Made by a program: the position numbers and the translations under genes. Below, in pieces: positions 49,052 to 60,664 of a DNA stretch of 64,000 nucleotides. The notes under the pieces were generated by a model. It saw only the letters and a list, made by a program, of their open reading frames with translations. It ran no database searches and had not been told where the DNA came from. This stretch comes from an uncultured Clostridia bacterium (GTDB taxonomy: Bacteria; Bacillota; Clostridia; TANB77; CAG-508), in the NCBI GenBank assembly GCA_947625685.1, contig CANQPK010000001.1:36535-100534 (forward strand), given 5' to 3'. Position 1 is the stretch's first letter. Every line of letters begins with the position of its first letter.

Positions 49052-49935
49052 TTATAATATAACATCTCTTTTTAGTTTTTCTTCTTTTATTTCTCCAGTT
49101 CCTATAAATGCATTATCTTCGTTATATATTTTATATATCCCATTTTGTAAATTAGTTTTTAGTTTTACTCCATTTAAAAATAATTCTATCTTTTTGTTAT
49201 TCAATATTATAGATTGTTTATCTTTAAATATATCCTCTACTGAAATTATATGCTCTTTTAAGAATTCTAAATTATCAATATTTTCTTGTAATTTGCTTAA
49301 TTTTACAGTTTGTTTTATATCAAATTCTCCGAACCTTTAACCTATTTAGTTCACTTATACATCCTACAGTGCCAAGTGATTTTGCTATATCTCTTGCAAG
49401 TGATCTTATATATGTTCCTTTTGAGCAACTAATAATTATATCAATTGTATTTTGTTCAATATTAATTTTGTTAATCTTTATATCATATATTTCTATTTGT
49501 CTTGGTGTTACTTCTATTTTCTTACCTTGTCTTGCATATTCATATAATTTCTTACCATTTACTTTTATTGCAGAATAAATTGGTGGTTGTTGTTCTTGCT
49601 TACCTATAAAGTTTTTAATGACTTTTTCTATATTTTGCATTTTTAAGATAGATTTATCTATATCTTCATCTTTTATAATATTCCCAGATATATCTAATGT
49701 ATCTGTTTCAATTCCGAGTTTTATTTTTGCTTCATATATTTTATCATGATTTATAAGGTATTTAGATATTTTGGTAGCTTTTCCGTATAAGTAATGGAAG
49801 AACGCCAGTTGCCAAAGGGTCTAGCGTTCCTGTATGACCAACCTTTTCATTCAAGATTTTCTTTACCTTACTCACTATATCATGTGATGTATATCCTTTT
49901 TCTTTATCAATAATTAAAATTCCATTCATATTATT
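49052..49935 (-). CDS. truB: tRNA pseudouridine(55) synthase; two +1 breaks
   Basis: The N-terminus [19 protein letters not shown]...[24 protein letters not shown] is recovered after deleting the C at ataCggaaa (plus 49782-49785). The middle ORF 49320..49640 follows. The C-terminal PUA-like part is recovered after deleting the C at gttCggaga (plus 49328-49331). Confidence 0.8.
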
Positions 49936-49941
49936 TACTTC

Positions 49942-50901
49942 TTATTTTAAAAATGTTTTTACTCTATCTATAATTTTTTCTTTTGCTTGTTCTAATGAAT
50001 AAGGAATTGTGCACCCTGCTGCTCTTAAATGTCCTCCTCCACTAAATATTGAACAAACTTCTGAAGAATTTACATATTCATTTGAACGAATTGAAGCTTT
50101 GTATCCATTTTCAGTTTCGCGAAGTAAAATTGCAACTTCTACTCCTTCCAAATCTCTTCCTATTTCTACTAATCCTTCATGATCTCCTGCTTCTGCTTTT
50201 GTTTTTTCAATATCATCCAAAGTTACATATGTAAAAGCAATTCTTCCATTTTCAAAAAATTCCATTCTATCCATTACAATTTTTGTAAGTTCAAAATGTG
50301 CTCTAGTTTTTACTTGTAAAACTTTTTTATATATTTCAGAAACATTTACACCTATTCTAAGTAAACTTGCGACAAATTCAAATGTTTCGGTTGTTACTCC
50401 TTCATATTTAAATCCACCAGTATCTGTTATAATACCTGCAAGTAAGCATTCTCCAATGTTTTTATTTATTTCAACACCTATACTTGTTAATACAATTATT
50501 AAAATTTGTGAACAAGCAGGAGCTGCTGGATCTACATAGTTATAATCTGCAAACATTGTATTTGATCCATGGTGATCTATTGACACTTTTACTTTTGCTT
50601 CATGATACCAATTTTCAAATCCATCTAATCTTTTTGTATCTGCGCAATCTAATGCTATTGCTAAATCATAATTTGTATCTTTTCCTTCTTTTTTTATTTG
50701 ATCTGCGCAAGGTAAAAAGTCAAAAGTTTTTGGATGTTCTGGTATTACTAAATCAACATTTTTTCCTAATTGCTTTAGAGCTTGATACATAGCAAGAGAA
50801 CTTCCTACCGCATCTCCATCTGGTGATTCATGTGTTAATATTACTATATTTTCTGCTTTTTCTATTTCTTCTTTTATATTATCTAAAGTCATTAAATGCA
50901 C
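49942..50901 (-). CDS. nrnA: bifunctional oligoribonuclease/pAp phosphatase NrnA (DHH-DHHA1)
   Basis: DHH motif (SIDHHGS) and the C-terminal DHHA1 GGGH motif. Confidence 0.85.
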   Translation of the reverse strand: MHLMTLDNIKEEIEKAENIVILTHESPDGDAVGSSLAMYQALKQLGKNVDLVIPEHPKTFDFLPCADQIKKEGKDTNYDLAIALDCADTKRLDGFENWYHEAKVKVSIDHHGSNTMFADYNYVDPAAPACSQILIIVLTSIGVEINKNIGECLLAGIITDTGGFKYEGVTTETFEFVASLLRIGVNVSEIYKKVLQVKTRAHFELTKIVMDRMEFFENGRIAFTYVTLDDIEKTKAEAGDHEGLVEIGRDLEGVEVAILLRETENGYKASIRSNEYVNSSEVCSIFSGGGHLRAAGCTIPYSLEQAKEKIIDRVKTFLK

Positions 50902-50967
50902 TCCTTTTATTTTTTATTTAGTAAACAGTTTTAAACAATATCTACAAAACTGCTAGATTAAATTTGA

Positions 50968-51339
50968 TTAATCTTCTTTGTTGTATTCTGGTGGGATAAT
51001 TTCCTTAAGTATCTTATCAATTCTTTCTCCATATTCCATAGAATCATCTAATACAAATATCAATTCTGGTGTTATTCTTAAATTTATTCTTTTTGCAATT
51101 TCACTTCTAATAAATCCTGAAGCCTTTTTTAAATTTGCAAAAGTAGTTTTAATATTTTTAGAATTTAAAATACTTACATACACTTTTGCATACTTTAAAT
51201 CTGGTGTAATTTTAGTTTTTGTTACACTTATTAAGCCTGTTATATTAGGATTTTTTAGCTCATAATTTATAATATAACTAATTTCTTTTTTTAACTCCTC
51301 GTCTATTCTTCCCAAACGATTATTATTTTTCCCTGCCAT
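50968..51339 (-). CDS. rbfA: ribosome-binding factor A
   Basis: 123 aa with a KH-like fold sequence, in the infB-rbfA context. Confidence 0.85.
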   Translation of the reverse strand: MAGKNNNRLGRIDEELKKEISYIINYELKNPNITGLISVTKTKITPDLKYAKVYVSILNSKNIKTTFANLKKASGFIRSEIAKRINLRITPELIFVLDDSMEYGERIDKILKEIIPPEYNKED

Positions 51340-51478
51340 CTAATTTTTCCTTTCTTGTATTTGGTCTATATTTATGTCTCATTAGGTCTTCTCTTACCTT
51401 TCTTGCTTGTTCTTCTGGAGTTGGTGAGCCTGCTTGTATTCTTTTATAAAATTCTTTCATTACTTTATGATTTGCCAT
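51323..51478 (-). CDS. possible 51-aa small protein between infB and rbfA
   Basis: AAGGAG 7 nt upstream of the ATG. It reads MANHKVMKEFYKRIQAGSPTPEEQARKVREDLMRHKYRPNTRKEKLDGREK and overlaps the rbfA start by 17 nt. Below the track size cutoff. Confidence 0.3.
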   Translation of the reverse strand: MANHKVMKEFYKRIQAGSPTPEEQARKVREDLMRHKYRPNTRKEKLDGREK

Positions 51479-51491
51479 TTCAAATTACTCC

Positions 51492-54347
51492 TTACTTCTT
51501 TATTTCTTCCATAACAAATATTTCAAGTGTGTCGCCTTCTTGTATATCATTAAAGTTTTCAATTTGAAGACCGCACTCATATCCAGCTGCAACCTCTTTT
51601 ACATCATCTTTAAACCTCTTAAGTGATGCAAGTTTTCCTTCATGTATTACTACATTGTCTCTTATTACTCTTACTCCTGCATTTCTTGTAACCTTACCAT
51701 CTAATACATAGCATCCAGCAATTGTACCTAAGCTACTTACTTTAAATGTTTGTCTAATTTCAGCATTACCTATTACTTTTTCTTCAAATGTAGGGTCTAA
51801 CATACCCTTCATAGCAGCTTCTACATCTTCTATTGCTTTATATATTACAGAATATTGTTTTATTTCAATTCCTTCTTTTTGTGCCATATCTTTAGCTATT
51901 GGCTCAGGTCTCACATTAAATGCTATAATTATTGCATTTGCAACTTTTGCAAGTGTAACATCTGATTCAGTAACTCCACCAACATTTGAATGAATTACTT
52001 TTACTTGCACTTCATCATTTGAAATCTTTTCTAAGCTACTTGTTACAGCTTCGACAGAACCTTGTACATCTGCCTTTACAATTAAGTTTAATTGTTTTAA
52101 TTTATTCTTTTCTATTTGTGAGAATAAATCATTTAAAGTAACCTTAGAAGTTGCATTTATTGATTTTTCTCTTTCTTGGCGTTTTCTCTTTTCTATCAAG
52201 TGTTTTGCTGTTTTTTCATCTTCTACTTCATAGAAAGTTTCACCAGCTTCTGGAACTTCAGTTAATCCTATTATTTCAACTGGAGTAGATGGTCCTGCTT
52301 TTTTAACTTTCTTTCCCTTGTCATTTACCATTGCTCTTATTCTTCCTATAACAGAACCTACAACTATTGTATCTCCTACATCTAATGTACCACGCTGTAC
52401 AAGCATTGTGGCTATTGGTCCTCTAGTTTTATCAAGTCTTGCTTCGATAACAACACCTTTTGCTTGTTTATTAGGATTTGCTTTTAACTCTTGTACATCT
52501 GCAACTAGTAGTACCATCTCTAAAAGTCCATCTATATTTATTCTTTTTTTAGCAGATATTTCAACAAATACAGTATTTCCGCCCCACTCTTCTGGAACTA
52601 AATCATATTTCATCAATTCCTGTTTTACTTTTTCAGGATTTGCACCTTCTACATCTATTTTATTTATTGCAACAATAATAGGTATATTTGCATTTTTAGC
52701 GTGATTTATAGCTTCTATTGTTTGAGGCATTACACCATCATTTGCTGCGACTACAAGTATTGCTATATCTGTTACTTGCGCACCTCTAGCTCTCATTGAT
52801 GTAAATGCTTCATGTCCTGGAGTATCAAGGAATGTTATTTCTCTTCCATTTACTTCAACTTTATATGCACCTATATGTTGTGTTATTCCTCCTGCTTCAC
52901 CTTCAATAACATTTGTAGATCTAACAGCATCAAGAAGTGATGTTTTTCCATGATCTACATGGCCCATAACTACTATAACTGGTGGCCTTGGTTTTAAATC
53001 TTCTGGTCTATCTTCAGAATCATCGAATAATATGTCTTCTTCTGTTACAACTTCCTTTTTAATTGCATTTATTCCAAACTCTTGTGCTATAAGGAATGCT
53101 GTATCAAAATCGACTTCATTATTTACTGTTGCCATTATTCCATAATCTAAAAGTTTTTTAATAATATCTCCTGTTGTTTTTTTCATTTCTTGAGCTAAAT
53201 CTTTTACTGTTATAGATTCAGGAATAGTTATTTCTGTTAACTTAAATATCTTTTGCTTTGTTCTTTCCTCGTCTTGAGTATTCTTTTTCTTGCCTCTTTT
53301 TCCTCTAACTGTTGTTAGATCATAATAATCTAACATTCCACCTTCTGGATCAGAAAACATATTTGAAAGTCTATTTTCTTGTTTTAGATTTTTTAATTTG
53401 CCAGAATCAAAGCTTTCATCTCTTCTTGATTTTGCACTTTTTCTTTGTCTACTTTCATCTTGCATATTTTTATTATTTCTTTGTTTGCCCATACCTCTGT
53501 TGTACTCTCTAGTGTTTTCTTTTTCTCCTAAATCTTGTGCCATAATATTCTTAATATTCTTTTCTATACCTTTTTCATCAAGAGTTCTTCTTCCATTGTT
53601 ATTCTTAAAATTATCATTATTTCCTTGTCTATTTCCAAAATTATTTTTATTTTGAAATCTGTTATTTTTATCAAAATTATTATGATTATTATGTTCTCCA
53701 TTATTGTGTCTATTAAAATCATTTTGTCTATAATTATTATCACCAAAATTTCTTTTATTATTTTCAAATTTTGGCTTATTTGAATAGTTTTTGCTTTGTT
53801 CTTGTAGATTTTGTTTCTTTTCTTCTTGTTTTGGTTCTTCTATTTTTTCTTTAATTTCTACTTCTTTTTTTGCTTCTTCTTTAATTACTTCTTCTTTTTT
53901 AATTTCTTCTTTTTTTGCTTTAGAAGGAAAACCAAACAATTCACTTGCTGTCATTGGTTTTGTTGGCTTATTTCTGTAGACAATATTATATTCTTTATTT
54001 TTATTTCTTTCAACGAATCCAAGATCTTTTCTTGATTTCTGCTCTTTTTCTCTTTTTTCTTGCTCCCTTCTTGCAATCTCATCATCTGAAATAATAACTT
54101 CTCTTCTAATTATTACAGGTGTGCTATTTGCTTTATCCTTTTTAGGCTCTTCTTGTCTTTGCGTCTGTGAAATACTTTTTTCAGTTTTCTTATTAGTCAA
54201 TTCTTTTTCAATTCTTTTAACATCTTTTTCATCTATAATACTTAAATGGCTCTTCACTTCTAAGCCTAGTTTTGTTGCTATATCTAGAATTTCCTTACTT
54301 GACTTATTTAATTTTTTTGCTAATTCATGTATTTTTATTTTATCCAT
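51492..54347 (-). CDS. infB: translation initiation factor IF-2
   Basis: 951 aa. N/K/Q-rich low-complexity N-terminal linker, then G-domain ([21 protein letters not shown]) and the C-terminal beta-barrels. Confidence 0.97.
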   Translation of the reverse strand: MDKIKIHELAKKLNKSSKEILDIATKLGLEVKSHLSIIDEKDVKRIEKELTNKKTEKSISQTQRQEEPKKDKANSTPVIIRREVIISDDEIARREQEKREKEQKSRKDLGFVERNKNKEYNIVYRNKPTKPMTASELFGFPSKAKKEEIKKEEVIKEEAKKEVEIKEKIEEPKQEEKKQNLQEQSKNYSNKPKFENNKRNFGDNNYRQNDFNRHNNGEHNNHNNFDKNNRFQNKNNFGNRQGNNDNFKNNNGRRTLDEKGIEKNIKNIMAQDLGEKENTREYNRGMGKQRNNKNMQDESRQRKSAKSRRDESFDSGKLKNLKQENRLSNMFSDPEGGMLDYYDLTTVRGKRGKKKNTQDEERTKQKIFKLTEITIPESITVKDLAQEMKKTTGDIIKKLLDYGIMATVNNEVDFDTAFLIAQEFGINAIKKEVVTEEDILFDDSEDRPEDLKPRPPVIVVMGHVDHGKTSLLDAVRSTNVIEGEAGGITQHIGAYKVEVNGREITFLDTPGHEAFTSMRARGAQVTDIAILVVAANDGVMPQTIEAINHAKNANIPIIVAINKIDVEGANPEKVKQELMKYDLVPEEWGGNTVFVEISAKKRINIDGLLEMVLLVADVQELKANPNKQAKGVVIEARLDKTRGPIATMLVQRGTLDVGDTIVVGSVIGRIRAMVNDKGKKVKKAGPSTPVEIIGLTEVPEAGETFYEVEDEKTAKHLIEKRKRQEREKSINATSKVTLNDLFSQIEKNKLKQLNLIVKADVQGSVEAVTSSLEKISNDEVQVKVIHSNVGGVTESDVTLAKVANAIIIAFNVRPEPIAKDMAQKEGIEIKQYSVIYKAIEDVEAAMKGMLDPTFEEKVIGNAEIRQTFKVSSLGTIAGCYVLDGKVTRNAGVRVIRDNVVIHEGKLASLKRFKDDVKEVAAGYECGLQIENFNDIQEGDTLEIFVMEEIKK

Positions 54348-54348
54348 A

Positions 54349-54667
54349 GCAAGTCACCCCCGTTTATTTTTTTCATTATCCCTTCTGAAAAATTATTATC
54401 TGTTACTCCAATTATTGCTCTATTTTTCTTTCCTATTGCACTACTTAATTTTTCTATTGTATTAAATTCTATTACTTTTATGTCATTCATAGTACATACA
54501 TATTCTATATTTTTTTTGGTTTTATCTGATGCATCTTGTGCCAGTATAACTAATTTTATTTTATTTTTCTTTATCCCTTCTATTACTGCATCATTTCCTG
54601 AAATTATCTTTCCGAGCTTTTGCTCCGAAGTCCTAGTAATCCTAAAACATTTTCTTTATCTGTCAAA
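54349..54667 (-). CDS. ylxQ: L7Ae-family RNA-binding protein YlxQ; two +1 breaks
   Basis: Not in the ORF track. Deleting the Cs at cttCggagc and gctCggaaa (plus 54624-54627 and 54611-54614) gives (M)[56 protein letters not shown]...GGDLLWIK. The stop overlaps the infB start. Confidence 0.7.
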
Positions 54668-54916
54668 AATTACACCTCTTAATTCGTTATATTTTTTATC
54701 ACTAATATTTGTCTTTAAGACTCTTTCTAATTTTTTTGTCTTAACAACATTTTCAAAGCATTTTATATCTTTGCAAAGATATGTGCCTCTTCCTCCTGAA
54801 GTTTTATTAGAATCAATAATTACCTCATCATTTAATTTAACAATTCTAATTAAATTATCTTTATGAAACTTATTTCTGCAACCTATACATGTTCTTATCT
54901 CTTTACTATTCTTCAT
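54656..54916 (-). CDS. ylxR: YlxR/DUF448 RNA-binding protein
   Basis: RTCIGCR...GRGTYLC motif. Confidence 0.8.
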   Translation of the reverse strand: MKNSKEIRTCIGCRNKFHKDNLIRIVKLNDEVIIDSNKTSGGRGTYLCKDIKCFENVVKTKKLERVLKTNISDKKYNELRGVIFDR

Positions 54917-56046
54917 TATCTTCCTCTACTATTTCTTCAGTTTTCGTTTTTTCTTGTTCTCCTTCTTGCTCTTCTTGCATTTTCATTAACATCTCTCTAA
55001 ATTGAGATTCTGATTTTATATCTATTTTCCAACCTGTAAGTCTTGCTGCAAGTCTTGCATTTTGTCCTGCTTTTCCAATTGCAAGTGATAATTGATCATC
55101 TGGAACGATTACTCTTGCAGACTTTTCATCTTCTATATCTACTGCCATTACTTTTGCAGGAAGTAGAGCTGATGATATAAATATTGCTGGATCCTCATCC
55201 CATTCGATAACATCTATTTTTTCTCCATTAAGTTCATTAATTATATTTTGTATTCTTACACCTTTTTGTCCTACGCAAGAACCTACTGGATCTATATTTT
55301 CATTTGAAGCATGAACTGCAACTTTGCATCTATTGCCTGGATCTCTTGATACACTTTTTACTTCGATTAATCCTTCATATATTTCTGGAATTTCAAATTC
55401 AAATAACTTTTTCACAAAATCTCCTGCTGTTCTTGAAACTATAACTTGTGGTGTACCTTTATTTCCTCTTACTACATCAAGTACATAAGCTTTTACTTTG
55501 TCATTTACTTTATACTTTTCTGTTGGTATTTGCTCCTTTGCAGGCATTATTCCCTCTAGTTTTCCTAAATCTAAAATTACAACACCTGTGTCTGCCCTTT
55601 GAACTATTCCAGAAACTATTTCACCTTTTCTCTCATTAAATTCTCCAAATACTATATCTCTTTCAGCCTCTCTTAATTTTTGTATAATAACTTGTTTGGC
55701 TGTTTGAGCTGCTATTCTTCCAAAGTTTCTAGGATTTATTTCAACATCAACAGTATCTCCTACTTTAAGTTTTTTATTAATTTTAACAGCTTCAGACTTG
55801 CTTATCTGTAAAACTGGATTTTCTACTGCTGTAACAACTTCTTTTACAGAATAAATATGTGTCTCTCCTGTTTTCTTATCTATAGCAATCTTTGCATTCT
55901 CACTATCCTTATAATTATTTTTGTACGCTACCATTAAAGCTGACTCAATCTGTTCAATTAAATATTCTTTTTTTATTCCTCTCTCTTTTTCTAATGTCTC
56001 TAGTGCAATTTGTAATTCGTTGTTATCAATGGCTTTCATTTTTTTA
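54906..56046 (-). CDS. nusA: transcription termination/antitermination factor NusA
   Basis: S1 plus two KH domains. The likely start is MKAIDNNELQ at 56046; the track ORF extends to 56066. Confidence 0.92.
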
Positions 56047-56060
56047 ATCAATCCTTTCTT

Positions 56061-56516
56061 TACCAATTATATTTTGTTTTTATTTGTGCTATTTGATTTC
56101 TATCTATCTCTTTTTCTTCTTTCTCAGTTTGTATATAAATTTTATTTTCATCAAACTTTGTAAGTGTTCCTTGCAAAATCTTTGAGTTATCTAATGTTTT
56201 AAATAACTTTATTTCTACTTCTTCTCCTATGTTTTGCTCTAAATGCTTATTCTTTCTTATAACTCTTTCTATTCCAGGTGAAGAAACCTCTAAAAAATAT
56301 TGTTCTTGTATATAATCTGCTTCGTCTAGAACATCATTTATTGCATTTGATACTTTTTCACAGTCATTTAAATCTATTCCAGTTTCTTTATCTATATATA
56401 TTCTTAAAAAATAATCTTTTCCGTTCTTTTACATATTCTACATCATATAAGTCATAGCCTAAATCTCTAATATATGGAGTTATTAGTTCTTCAACTTTTG
56501 TCTCGATATTCGCCAA
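56061..56516 (-). CDS. rimP: ribosome maturation factor RimP; one +1 break
   Basis: Not in the ORF track. TTG start at 56516 with a GGAAAGAGGTGA RBS. Deleting the C at gaaCggaaa (plus 56420-56423) gives ...[32 protein letters not shown]...KYNW. Confidence 0.7.
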
Positions 56517-56706
56517 GCGTTTATCACCTCTTTCCACAAATAAAGAGTGGAATTTGCTTCCACTCTTCTAGTCTCATATTTAGCATAATTATTATATACT
56601 GTATTTCCAGTAATGTCAATACTTTTTGTTAATTTTTATGCATACTATTGATTTTTAGATATTTGTGTTATATAATATTTGTACATTATGTAAAGGAGGG
56701 CATCTT

Positions 56707-56898
56707 ATGATCATTGTACTTACACTTATGGTTTGCATTGCAATTGCAGCTGTTGTCTCTGCTGTGTTGTACGTAAATCAGGGCAAAAAATCCGTGCATC
56801 CCAAGATTGACTTGGAAAATGTTAGGATAAAAGACTCTGGTAGTACTATGGATAATCTAGATCCTTATGCAATTAATCCTAAGAAGCTAGGGTTTTGA
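56707..56898 (+). CDS. hypothetical 63-aa single-TM protein
   Basis: AAAGGAGGG RBS 6 nt before the ATG at 56707. MIIVLTLMVCIAIAAVVSAVLYV forms the TM segment. Confidence 0.45.
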   Translation: MIIVLTLMVCIAIAAVVSAVLYVNQGKKSVHPKIDLENVRIKDSGSTMDNLDPYAINPKKLGF

Positions 56899-57005
56899 TA
56901 ATGCCTACAAGTGCAACTAGAATGATGCCAAAGAGACACTGGAATAATTCCCAGTGTTTCTTTTTTTAATTTACCATTATCATCTTTTAGCCGATAACAT
57001 AACTA

Positions 57006-57236
57006 TTATGCTACTTTATCTTGATAATTAACAATTGTTACTTCTGCACTTATTTGTTTCAACTTATTTACAATTTTTTCAATATTTTGCGAAGTCTGAT
57101 CATCAAAATATTGCTCACCGCATTTTGTACAAACTTTTGCTGGTACTTTTTTTATAATAATAATTGTATCATCCATATCAACCACATAATTTATTTTTTT
57201 ATCTTTTAATTCTCCATCACATTTAAAACAATTCAT
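57006..57236 (-). CDS. YgiT-type zinc-finger (MqsA-N-like) protein, candidate antitoxin
   Basis: CFKC...CTKCG 4-Cys knuckle, 76 aa. Overlaps the upstream DUF4258 gene by 1 nt. Confidence 0.6.
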   Translation of the reverse strand: MNCFKCDGELKDKKINYVVDMDDTIIIIKKVPAKVCTKCGEQYFDDQTSQNIEKIVNKLKQISAEVTIVNYQDKVA

Positions 57237-57562
57237 TACTTTCTCCTCCTTGTTTTCATATCATCTTCCCATTTGTTTGTATCAGGATAATATGCTGTTA
57301 TAATATAAAGTGTATAATCTTTAATTCCACAAACTACATGTAATATTTTTTTATTTGTACTATATCCTATTATTAAACAACTAGGATATGGGTAATCATC
57401 ATAATAATATTCTAATATCATTCCATTATTTATAGCTATTTTTACATCAGATATTGATATATCTCTTTGGCTTAATCTGTTTAGGCAATGCTTAGTCCAT
57501 ACGATATTTCTTTTTAAAATACATTTTCTTATATTTTCAATGTTTAACAATTCTTCGTTCAA
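57236..57562 (-). CDS. DUF4258 protein, candidate type II toxin
   Basis: 108 aa. Conserved VWTKHCLNRLSQRDIS...LHVVC...IITAYYPD matches the DUF4258 pattern. Confidence 0.6.
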   Translation of the reverse strand: MNEELLNIENIRKCILKRNIVWTKHCLNRLSQRDISISDVKIAINNGMILEYYYDDYPYPSCLIIGYSTNKKILHVVCGIKDYTLYIITAYYPDTNKWEDDMKTRRRK

Positions 57563-57805
57563 TATTTTCCTCCTTTATTTTAGCATATAAAATGCAATTT
57601 ATGCAATTGTTTTTTTAATTTTATACTTTTGAGTTTCTTTGGATGATTTTCCAATAGAATTTATTTTCGTTTTGACTTAAAAGATGTAATTTTAAAAAAA
57701 TAAAATAGATAGAAAGTTTCGATTACAAAATTTTCAAAACTTCTACCTATTTTATATAATAATATAATTTTATTGTCAAGGATTACTTTTCGACAAAATA
57801 CGACA

Positions 57806-59446
<1,641 letters not shown>

Positions 59447-59472
59447 TTAAAATCATTTCCTTTCTTTAAACT

Positions 59473-59798
<326 letters not shown>

Positions 59799-59801
59799 AT
59801 A

Positions 59802-59830
59802 TAATTTACACCTTTTTAATTCTATTGTCA
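59802..59830 (-). promoter_or_regulatory. putative sigmaA promoter of groESL (TTGACA -35, weak -10)
   Basis: Minus TTGACA at plus 59825-59830, embedded in a 21-bp palindrome (59817-59837). Confidence 0.4.
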
Positions 59831-60012
59831 ATAGAATTTACAAAAAAATCATATTTTTTTATAATTAATTAATACAATTTATATCTAATTAGTATAAAAT
59901 AAACTAGATTTGATATAAGTTTTATATTTATTGAACCTTTATTCATAATATTCAAGCAAAATAAAAAATTGTAGAGATTTTCAAATTAGTCTTAGTTTAA
60001 TTTAAAAAATGC

Positions 60013-60050
60013 AAAATCAGTCAGAGAAAAATATCTTCTGACTGATTTTT
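60013..60050 (-). terminator. rho-independent terminator of the locus-2 operon
   Basis: ATCAGTCAGA-n12-TCTGACTGAT followed by Ts on the minus strand. Confidence 0.65.
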
Positions 60051-60078
60051 ATATATTTGGAAAGAAAAACACGAATTA

Positions 60079-60633
60079 TTAATTCAATAACTGTCTAGTT
60101 ATTTGTATTTTGGTTGCTTTAGTTAAATCTTGTATATCACTTGTTTTAAGTTTTGTACTTTCTCCTGGTTTTAATACTGGTATATATGCTGGTAATTTTG
60201 TAATTATTTTTCCATTCGCATTTATTAACCCTACATCTAGAATAATTCCTCCTTGTTCTTCTTGGGTCTTATTTGTTACATTTCCTACTATATCTGTCAA
60301 TCCATTTTTATAATTTAAATCTATTCCGCTTATTTCCATTCCTTCTATTGTTTTCGTATCTAATACTTTTCCATCTGAACTAATCATAAATTCATTTGTT
60401 TTTTCTTTATTAATTGTGTTTTCGTTATTATCTTTATTTTCTTCTGGATTTTTTATATTATTTGAATCACTTGCTAAAGTATTTAATTCAACATTGTTAC
60501 CTTGTGTATTTTCTTCACCTTGAGCAAGTAATGTTTCTTTTTCATTATTTATACCTAAAATATTTAATGCAACTATTATAACTATTCCAACCACTATTAA
60601 TATTATTATTCCTTTTTTCTCCGAATCTCTCAT
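60079..60633 (-). CDS. locus-2 small N-anchored membrane protein B2 (paralogue of A1/A2)
   Basis: 184 aa. N-terminal TM and the conserved C-terminal domain (GMEISGIDL ... GKIITKLPAYIPVLKPGEST). Confidence 0.6.
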   Translation of the reverse strand: MRDSEKKGIIILIVVGIVIIVALNILGINNEKETLLAQGEENTQGNNVELNTLASDSNNIKNPEENKDNNENTINKEKTNEFMISSDGKVLDTKTIEGMEISGIDLNYKNGLTDIVGNVTNKTQEEQGGIILDVGLINANGKIITKLPAYIPVLKPGESTKLKTSDIQDLTKATKIQITRQLLN

Positions 60634-60664
60634 TTTACTCTCCCTTCTTTAGTTTAATCCTATA

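Noticed and set aside
53300-54000. N/K/Q-rich low-complexity stretch and overlapping ORFs 53535..53783 and 53564..53767 inside infB
   Set aside because: This is the known variable linker region of IF-2. It is not a repeat element, and the overlapping ORFs are composition artifacts.
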